Source of the DNA: Minisyncoccota bacterium | GTDB taxonomy: Bacteria > Patescibacteriota > Minisyncoccia > Phycocordibacterales > XYD1-FULL-46-19 | DNA: 64,000 bases | Assembly (NCBI GenBank): GCA_041665625.1 | Contig: JBAYIK010000003.1 | Span: 2,967-66,966, forward strand | Direction: 5' to 3' | Shown here: piece after piece, positions 57,867 to 64,000 of the stretch | How the letters are laid out: the number at the start of each line of letters is the position of its first letter | Numbering within the stretch: position 1 is the stretch's first letter | Program-made: the position numbers and the translations under genes | The notes under the pieces: generated by a model | The model's database searches: none | Told to the model about the DNA's origin: nothing | The model's input: only the letters and a program-made list of their open reading frames with translations

Positions 57867-58283
57867 ATGACAAAAATAAAAAACAAAGAAGGTCGTGCCA
57901 AGTACGTCCTTGTTATTATTGCAATATTAATTGTTCTGGCTGTTCTTTTGACCCTGGTGAAGCTTAATTCAAACCTTATTGGCAAGGGGCTAGCTGCTGT
58001 TGGGCTTGCTTCGACCTCAGAAAGCGTCGCTCCGGTTTTAGAACAAACGGGGGTCGTCACACAGGTTGCGCCTGGCGCCTCCGTGACTTTTCGTGGTTCT
58101 GATTTAACCCCTAATGTCTTCATTATGGGGGCGACTTATCCGGTTCTCTCCCCGACGGTAAGCGAAGGGAATAAGGAGGTTAGTTTCCAGGTTGATCCAC
58201 GAGAAAAGGTGGGGAATTACGAAGTCTATGTAATCAATACTGCTGGGGTTAGCAATACTTTACCATTAGCCATCACGGAGTAA
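57867..58283 (+). CDS. Hypothetical membrane-anchored protein (138 aa)
   Basis: N-terminal TM helix YVLVIIAILIVLAVLLTLV; no recognisable domain. Confidence 0.35.
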   Translation: MTKIKNKEGRAKYVLVIIAILIVLAVLLTLVKLNSNLIGKGLAAVGLASTSESVAPVLEQTGVVTQVAPGASVTFRGSDLTPNVFIMGATYPVLSPTVSEGNKEVSFQVDPREKVGNYEVYVINTAGVSNTLPLAITE

Positions 58284-58294
58284 AATATTAAAAA

Positions 58295-58330
58295 CAAAAA
58301 CCCCGCTAGGCAGCGGGGTTTTTGTTTTGA
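58295..58330. terminator. Bidirectional Rho-independent terminator between convergent genes
   Basis: AAAAACCCCGCT-aggc-AGCGGGGTTTTTGTTTT. Confidence 0.65.
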
Positions 58331-58344
58331 TTAAAATTTGAAGT

Positions 58345-58692
58345 TTAAGCTTTGGCTTCTTTGACAATAGTTTCGAAGGCCTTGGCTTCGGTGGCAGCGA
58401 GCTCGGAGAGCATCTTGCGGTTTAAGGCAATATTTTTCTTCTTGAGCATGCCGATGAATTTGCTGTAGGAAAGTTCAAAGGGGGCGAGGCCAGCGGAGAG
58501 GCGAGTCTGCCAGAGAGCACGGAAATCAGCTTTCTTATTGCGACGATGGGCGAAGGAGTAGACTCCGGCTTTAACCAAGGCTACCTTGGCCTCACGTTCT
58601 TTCTTGCTACGGCCGAATCTAAAGCCTTTGGCGTCTCCTAAGACGTTGCGGCGGTGCTTCATTGAAATTGTCCCTCTTTTTACTCTACTCAT
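58345..58692 (-). CDS. rplT: 50S ribosomal protein L20
   Basis: MSRVKRGTISMKHRRNVLGDAKGFRFGRSK...ALVKAGVYSFAHRR. Confidence 0.9.
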   Translation of the reverse strand: MSRVKRGTISMKHRRNVLGDAKGFRFGRSKKEREAKVALVKAGVYSFAHRRNKKADFRALWQTRLSAGLAPFELSYSKFIGMLKKKNIALNRKMLSELAATEAKAFETIVKEAKA

Positions 58693-58698
58693 ATATTT

Positions 58699-58884
58699 TT
58701 ATTTAGTTGGGAAATAACGACCCAAGTCCTTATTCTTCATGGTAATAACCCTTCCGCGCTTGTGGTTCATCTGGGTGGAGCGGCTTTCTTTGGCGTTGAA
58801 GTGGTTTTGGCCGGAGGCACGAACCAAGAGTTTGCCATTTTTGGTGATCTTGATTCTTTTGGCTAAAGATTTGTTGGTTTTCAT
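58699..58884 (-). CDS. rpmI: 50S ribosomal protein L35
   Basis: MKTNKSLAKRIKITKNGKLLVRASGQNHF...KRGRV. Confidence 0.85.
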   Translation of the reverse strand: MKTNKSLAKRIKITKNGKLLVRASGQNHFNAKESRSTQMNHKRGRVITMKNKDLGRYFPTK

Positions 58885-58963
58885 AATATAAATCCCGTTA
58901 AACGGGACTCATATAGCTTACTATAAAGGGCTTGTTTTGTCTACCCCACTAAGCGGGGCAAGG

Positions 58964-59473
58964 CTATTTGGCCCGTTCGATGATAACGGTCATGCCCTTG
59001 GGGCTCTTTTGAGGAGCTGAGGCAATCTTATAGTTCTCGCTGACGAGGGTGAGGATGCGGTCTAGCCGTTCTTTAAGGAAATTAGGGTCCAAATACTTGG
59101 CCCGTCCAGGAAGGAAGAGGTCAATCTTGACCCGATGCCCTTCTTTGAGGAATTGAGAGGCTTTCTTGGCCTTAAGCTCTAGATCGTGTTCACCTGTCCC
59201 AATCTTAACCTGTAAGTTTTTGGTTTCACCACCAGTTGGCCCTTTAGCTTGCTTTTGTTTCTTTTGCTCCAGATATTGGTATTTGCCGAAATCCATGATC
59301 TTGGCCACAGGGGGAATGGCATTGGGGGAGACCTCAATTAAGTCCATATCCATCTCATGAGCCTTATCTAGAGCGTCTCCAAAGGATAAGACGCCGAGGT
59401 TCTCGCCCTCTTCGTCTATAACACGGAGTTCCTTGGCACGGATCTGATTGTTGATGCGGATAGGAGTAAACAA
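58964..59473 (-). CDS. infC: Translation initiation factor IF-3
   Basis: [63 protein letters not shown]. The true start may be an atypical codon upstream. Confidence 0.85.
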   Translation of the reverse strand: [169 protein letters not shown]

Positions 59474-59530
59474 GTTATTATTACTGCTAAATCATACCAG
59501 AATGTGCTAATATAAGCAATATCAACAGAT

Positions 59531-59989
59531 ATGGCCAATTTAATCGAAAACAAAAAAGCTGGTTTGAATTATGAGTGGCTCGAGACCTTTGAGACGGGAA
59601 TTGAGCTTTTTGGCGGCGAGGTTAAGTCACTTAAGGCCAAGCAGGGTTCACTGGAGGGCGCGCGAGTGCTTATCCGTGGGGGTGAGGCTTATGTTGTGGG
59701 TATCTTTATTCCTCCCTACCAAATCAATAATCTTAAGGCTGTCGCTTATGATCCTTACCGTACTCGTCGTTTACTACTAAAGAAGAGCGAACTTAAGGAA
59801 TTGGCCGAGAAGGGGGATCAGAAGGGTTTGACAATAGTGCCACTTTCGGTGTATAATAAAGGAAGGTTCCTGAAAGTAAAAATTGCCCTTGTTCGTGGTA
59901 AGAAGAAGTATGACAAGCGTGAGGATCTTAAGAAGAAGGAATCTAAAAGAGATGTCGCAAGAGATCTCAAGAGTTCGTTGACAAGATAA
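59531..59989 (+). CDS. smpB: SsrA-binding protein SmpB
   Basis: IENKKAGLNYEWLETFETGIELFGGEVKSLKAKQGSLEGARV...LLLKKSELKEL. Confidence 0.9.
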   Translation: MANLIENKKAGLNYEWLETFETGIELFGGEVKSLKAKQGSLEGARVLIRGGEAYVVGIFIPPYQINNLKAVAYDPYRTRRLLLKKSELKELAEKGDQKGLTIVPLSVYNKGRFLKVKIALVRGKKKYDKREDLKKKESKRDVARDLKSSLTR

Positions 59990-59993
59990 AAAT

Positions 59994-60392
59994 GGGTATG
60001 TAACGGTATCGACAGGTAGTTTGTCGTTAGCTGTGTATGTGGAGATGTCGACTTCCTCCTTAAATTGTCGGCAAAAACGTTAAATGCCAACGCATCTAAC
60101 AAGGGACTTGTGGCTTCGCCATATTTCTCTCCAGCCTTCGCTTTAGCCTAGTGCTGGTGTTCGTTTGAATCGCAGTCTGGATGACTCAAACGGGCATAAT
60201 AAATTCTGGACTAGCAAGTGGAAATTTCTCGGTCCACAAGCAAAACTAAGAGAATCGACTACTTAAGCTCTTGGTTATTTCTGACTTAAGTAATTTAAAA
60301 TTATCTTCGGATAATCTGAATTAACCTAAACATATAGATTCGCTAGGGATTGCTATTTGCACGGGAGTTCGACTCTCCCCATATCCACCACT
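59994..60392 (+). ncRNA. ssrA: tmRNA (transfer-messenger RNA, ssrA), immediately downstream of smpB
   Basis: The 5' end GGGUAUGUAACGGUAUCGACAGG resembles the conserved tmRNA 5' motif (GGGG.UGAUUCUGGAUUCGACGGG). The 3' end has a T-arm GGGAG-UUCGACU-CUCCC, acceptor strand CAUAUCC pairing with the 5' GGGUAUG, and a CCA. A candidate tag ORF GCC AAC GCA ... TTA GCC TAG (ANASNKGLVASPYFSPAFALA*) lies at 60086-60151. Confidence 0.6.
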
Positions 60393-60534
60393 TCGCTCCT
60401 CGCTAAACGCTCGGAGCTTCGCGGTGCGCGCACTACGAAAAAACAAGAAAATACGAAGCAGGCCACAAGCGAAGGGGTGCCCCGCAGAGTTATTGCTTTG
60501 CAATAACGACGTGGGGCGGTGCTATAATATAAAA

Positions 60535-60774
60535 ATGTACTACGTTTATATTTTAAAAAGCCAAATAGACGGCAGTAAATATATTGGCGCTACTACTGAT
60601 TTGAAGCAAAGGCTTGAACAGCATAATTGGAAAGAAACCAAATCCAATAAAACTAAAGCTCCTTTTGTTGTTGTTTGGTATTGCGGTTTTATAAAAAAAG
60701 AAAAAGCTTATGATTTTGAAAAATACCTAAAGAGCTCCTCTGGCTTTGCTTTTACCAACAAGCATTTACTATAA
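60535..60774 (+). CDS. Small GIY-YIG nuclease-domain protein
   Basis: MYYVYILKSQIDGSKYIGATTDLKQRLEQHN is the GIY-YIG motif. The ATG at 60535 has an upstream TATAAT box. The ORF-track start at 60424 would overlap the tmRNA. Confidence 0.6.
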   Translation: MYYVYILKSQIDGSKYIGATTDLKQRLEQHNWKETKSNKTKAPFVVVWYCGFIKKEKAYDFEKYLKSSSGFAFTNKHLL

Positions 60775-60782
60775 TAATTATT

Positions 60783-61544
60783 ATGTTATCCGACATTGCT
60801 CAATATAATTTAGACAAAGATAAAAACGTCTTAGGCAAGGACTGGCTTCTTACTTATGGAGGTTATTTTTCTGATGAAGAAAATATTGCTATGTTTATTA
60901 AGTCGGTTGAATCTTTTTTGCCTGATCGGGAACTTAATATCTTGTACGTCGCTTCGGCCTCTGGCTTGTTGGGAGAGAGATTGATTGAGAATTTGGACCG
61001 TGGGAAATTGACGATTGTTGATATTTCTCAAAAACATTTGGCTGAAAATAAAAATCCACAGACCAAGAAAATTTGTGCCGATTTGTTGTCTCTTGATCTT
61101 GGCCAGAAGTTCGACCTTATACTTATGCGTAGTTCTCTCGATTATTTTCCGTCTCGGGACTTGCAAGTAAAAGTCCTTAAGAATATTAAAAATCATTTGA
61201 AACCAGAGGGTATTTTTATAAATCAACCGGCCTATGTCCCAAACACAGAGGATAGAGATATTTTGAGCCGGGCCTATAATATTACTGACAAGATTGGCCA
61301 ACGCTTTTTTCAATCAACAGACATTGGCGAAATTTATAAGGAAGCGGGGTTTGAAGAACCTAAGAGAATAGGGGAAGGTAAACTGATGGTTTTGACGGAA
61401 GAAGATCAAATTGAGAGATATGGTTTAGAGGGCAATGATATTAAGGAAATTCAAACTGTTCTTAAGAAAGCCCAAAATAGTGGCCAAGTGACTGAGTCTG
61501 GCTATACCCTTCGATTCGAATTCCCTATATTTTTGTCCCGGTAA
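60783..61544 (+). CDS. Class I SAM-dependent methyltransferase-like protein
   Basis: LNILYVASASGLLGERL (motif I-like), LILMRSSLDYF, LKPEGIFI. Confidence 0.45.
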   Translation: MLSDIAQYNLDKDKNVLGKDWLLTYGGYFSDEENIAMFIKSVESFLPDRELNILYVASASGLLGERLIENLDRGKLTIVDISQKHLAENKNPQTKKICADLLSLDLGQKFDLILMRSSLDYFPSRDLQVKVLKNIKNHLKPEGIFINQPAYVPNTEDRDILSRAYNITDKIGQRFFQSTDIGEIYKEAGFEEPKRIGEGKLMVLTEEDQIERYGLEGNDIKEIQTVLKKAQNSGQVTESGYTLRFEFPIFLSR

Positions 61545-61564
61545 TTAACTGAGTCAATTTAATT

Positions 61565-61588
61565 GGCCCACTTTGGTGGGTTTTTCTT
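61565..61588 (+). terminator. Rho-independent terminator
   Basis: CCCAC-tttg-GTGGG followed by TTTTTCTTG. Confidence 0.5.
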
Positions 61589-61932
61589 GTGCTTGACTCT
61601 TTTCCATCATTTGCTAAGATTTTCTTCAGATCTCATGTCCCAACCTTAAGCGGAAGGAAGAGCGCACATGACTGTCCTGTTCATTTTGCACACGTTCGTT
61701 CTCCCTCCCTTTGGGTGGGGTGAGCGGATGCCGGTTGAGCCGATTATGTCGCCTTGGCCCGCTCTTTTTAAGAGCACGGCGACCATCATTATGTTCTGCC
61801 ACCGAGGTTTGCCGAGAGCCTCGATGGTTAACCCTTCTCGGACTATGTTCGAACTGCGAGCCCATGGCTTGCGGATAAGAAGCCCGACGACATGCAGCCT
61901 ATCCTCTGACGGGGATGGGCTGTTTTCTTTTT

Positions 61933-63648
61933 CTATTGCCCCCAGACACAACCAGCTTTGATTCCTGAGAGGGAAGCTAGTTGCTGACACAAACCTTCTA
62001 AACTGCTTTTCTTTTTGAAGACATGGTCTTCTCCGGCATATTTTACAAGAGACATTTGCTTGCCTTTGAGATTAAATATCTTGGCTAGATAATCTGCTTG
62101 GCTTGATGGGACAGTATTATCATTACTGGCCTGAGCCACAATGATCTTTTGGCCCTTTAGATTCTTCACTCGATCAGCAATGTCCGCTTGGTAATAAAGA
62201 TTACTGTTTTCTTCTCCGAGAAGCCCTTTAAATTGTACATTGAAAATGGAGTTTTCTAGTCTATCAAGCAAAACAAACCAATCAGTTACGCCGTTGATGG
62301 ATAAGACACCAGCAATTTTTTTAGAGGCTTGTGGATCAACGATAGTGCGCAAGGCGAGATAGCCACCGTAACTATTGCCAACAAGATAAGTATTGGAGAT
62401 TTTGTAGAATTTCTTTAGCTCAGTTTGAGCATTTAGAACATCAGTGACGTCGCCTTTACCAACTTGGCCGGTAATACTCTCGGCAAAACTTCGGCCATAA
62501 CCATAGGAGCCGCGATAATCGAGTTTGAGGACAAGAGCCCCGTTCTTAGCTAGTTCCCCAAGCATCCAATCATAAACAGCGTAGCCTAAGTAAGAATGAT
62601 AGCCTAAAGCGGCTTGGCGATATGGTCCGCCATGAAGCCAGATGATGAGAGGGTATTTCTTTTCCGCAGAATAATTACTTGGTTTTAGAAGAACACCACC
62701 GAGTTTGCCTAGGGTAACTTCTTTTTCTGTGTAGCCGGTTGTCTTAGGATTAGCCGAGAGAGCGGGGAAGTGGCTTATCGCTGAAGTCTCTGGATCAAGA
62801 AGAGCGGGGATACTTGAATTATTGATTACTTGCATGAATAATAATTTTTTATCTTCTCCCGAGCTTACCAAACGCATTTTTTGGTTATAAGATACATTAT
62901 CTGCCATCTTCTTAAGATCCTTGGTTATTAAGTTGTAGCGATAAAGTGACCAAGTATGCTTGCTCTCACGATTGGCCGAAAAATAGATAACCTCATCATT
63001 TAAAAAGATAAAATCGGCTACCGAGTATTTTTTTAGAATAACTTGTTGGCCGGGCAATCTCCCGCCTTTTGGGGGTGTGCCGGTGAGATAAACAAGGTAA
63101 GGAACAGAGTATCCATTCTTGTCATCGAGATACATTAATTTATCGCCACTAGGTGAGAAATTAAAAATTCTTAGCTCTTCAGACAAGAGGTCCCAATAAT
63201 TAACTTTACCAGTGAGTTCATAAGCTTTATTTTTTACCCCGTCTATCAAATTGATGAGAACGAATTTACGGATTTTTTCTTTGTTGGCCAGAGCGGCATC
63301 ATAATAGACAAGCCATTTCTCATCTGGAGACAGAAGCACTCGGGTAGCGTTGGTCCGGTCGAATTTAACATTTTTTATTTTAATATCTTGGTCGTCATGA
63401 TTGGTAAAAGATTCTGACACAACTGGGGGTGTTGTTGAGCCAACGTTCTCGCAAGAGAGGTTCGCCAGTTGGCAGATAAAGATGTTGGTTTTTTCTAGGC
63501 CTCCCGAACGGAAGAGGACTTGCCCGTCTTTATCGCTAACAATGGTGGTATATTTTAATTCAGTGGCGAAAACCTGAGAACTTAGAATAAAAAAACTTAG
63601 GGTTATTAATGAAAAGAATGCGAATTTTTTTAGATTATTTATCAACAT
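61933..63648 (-). CDS. Secreted S9-family serine peptidase (prolyl oligopeptidase / dipeptidyl-peptidase-like) with an N-terminal beta-propeller
   Basis: Signal peptide MLINNLKKFAFFSLITLSFFILSSQVFA. C-terminal alpha/beta-hydrolase region PLIIWLHGGPY...LDYRGSYGYG...YLVGNSYGGYLAL (nucleophile elbow G.S.GG) ...GEDH. Confidence 0.7.
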   Translation of the reverse strand: MLINNLKKFAFFSLITLSFFILSSQVFATELKYTTIVSDKDGQVLFRSGGLEKTNIFICQLANLSCENVGSTTPPVVSESFTNHDDQDIKIKNVKFDRTNATRVLLSPDEKWLVYYDAALANKEKIRKFVLINLIDGVKNKAYELTGKVNYWDLLSEELRIFNFSPSGDKLMYLDDKNGYSVPYLVYLTGTPPKGGRLPGQQVILKKYSVADFIFLNDEVIYFSANRESKHTWSLYRYNLITKDLKKMADNVSYNQKMRLVSSGEDKKLLFMQVINNSSIPALLDPETSAISHFPALSANPKTTGYTEKEVTLGKLGGVLLKPSNYSAEKKYPLIIWLHGGPYRQAALGYHSYLGYAVYDWMLGELAKNGALVLKLDYRGSYGYGRSFAESITGQVGKGDVTDVLNAQTELKKFYKISNTYLVGNSYGGYLALRTIVDPQASKKIAGVLSINGVTDWFVLLDRLENSIFNVQFKGLLGEENSNLYYQADIADRVKNLKGQKIIVAQASNDNTVPSSQADYLAKIFNLKGKQMSLVKYAGEDHVFKKKSSLEGLCQQLASLSGIKAGCVWGQ

Positions 63649-63787
63649 ATTTATATTTTAGCATACTTGTAAAAATTCGGGATGGGTCTATCATTAAATC
63701 AGATCCCCGTAGTTTCCTTGCTTAGGCTCATGCCTTTCTGGGAAGGGGAAAGGGTTGTTGTTTGAAACACTCTGGAGGACCCGTATT

Positions 63788-64000
63788 ATGAAACGAGTAT
63801 GTTGTGTTGCGTTTGTCGGCTTGGCCATGTTGTTCGGGATTGCTTTCGCCGGACTCACTGCCGTTACACCGACCACCTGCCCGGCGGCTGCGATAGTCGC
63901 CACTTCCGCCCTGACGGCCACCCCGGTCGTCATCCCTGCCATCGCGATGTCCCAGACGCTCGTTGCCATTTCGCCGGCAGCGCTCGTCACCCATTCGGCC
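63788..64000 (+). CDS. 5' end of a GC-rich gene encoding a signal-peptide-bearing, Ala/Thr/Pro-rich protein (partial; runs off the window)
   Basis: GGAGG RBS 8 nt upstream of the ATG at 63788. MKRVCCVAFVGLAMLFGIAFAGLTAVTPTTCPAAAIVATSALTATPVV... has no stop before the window end. The region is visibly GC-richer than the rest of the window. Confidence 0.3.
   Translation, partial: MKRVCCVAFVGLAMLFGIAFAGLTAVTPTTCPAAAIVATSALTATPVVIPAIAMSQTLVAISPAALVTHSA

Noticed and set aside
61626-61990. Three overlapping 79-114-aa ORFs on both strands in the GC-rich segment
   Set aside because: They overlap each other and have no recognisable motifs or RBS. They are more consistent with a noncoding GC-rich element; see the finding on 61595-61930.
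63694-63994. Two overlapping minus-strand ORFs in the terminal GC-rich region
   Set aside because: Gly/Arg-rich translations typical of wrong-frame reading of GC-rich DNA. The + strand ORF with a GGAGG RBS and signal-peptide-like N-terminus is more plausible.
1-64000. Alternative genetic code (UGA recoding, as in some CPR lineages)
   Set aside because: Conserved genes (fusA, tuf, secY, ribosomal proteins) read through at expected lengths with ordinary stops, and no in-frame TGA is needed. The single in-frame TAA, in comEC, is isolated.
1-64000. CRISPR arrays, integrases, transposases, prophage structural genes
   Set aside because: No regularly spaced direct repeats with unique spacers were seen, and no integrase, transposase, terminase or capsid-like ORFs. 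The tail-fibre-like motifs in the giant proteins are not accompanied by phage genes.

Overview
The window looks like a small-genome, CPR/Patescibacteria-like bacterium: about 45% GC, standard genetic code, a compact ribosomal-protein operon with no L30, short genes and many Rho-independent terminators. The lineage call is an inference from gene content only.

The first 18 kb form one same-strand block, which I read as a cell-surface attachment locus. It holds three giant secreted Gly/Thr/Ser/Asn-rich proteins of 801, 1066 and 1143 aa. Each of two of them is preceded by a small single-pass membrane protein carrying tandem decapeptide repeats. The block ends in a type IV pilus/T2SS-like operon: PilB/GspE ATPase, PilC/GspF platform, three prepilin-like proteins. 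Two of the giants share a near-identical ~220-aa Cys-containing C-terminal module. The third carries two thrombospondin-type-1-like Cys motifs and three near-identical tandem ~115-aa modules.

The S10-spc ribosomal operon (S12-S7-EF-G ... L15-SecY-Adk-Map) is interrupted several times. A FkbM-type methyltransferase and an acidic protein sit between fusA and tuf. Two paralogous secreted proteins with PG_binding_1-like domains sit after rplB and after rplE; each is preceded by the same ~40-nt terminator element, which occurs a third time after the pilus operon. A 1224-aa parallel-beta-helix secreted protein with a C-terminal PG_binding_1-like domain sits between secY and adk.

Other content: nusA (partial), tpiA, pgk, a HIT protein, recJ, a SpeH-like decarboxylase, nadE, an RNase H and the L20/L35/IF3 genes. 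smpB is followed directly by a tmRNA that I identified by eye from its conserved ends. A comEC gene is fragmented: it has a frame break, an in-frame TAA inside the MBL domain and three in-frame ~50-nt palindromic repeat insertions. A ~330-nt GC-enriched stretch near the 3' end has no ORF and may be a structured RNA.
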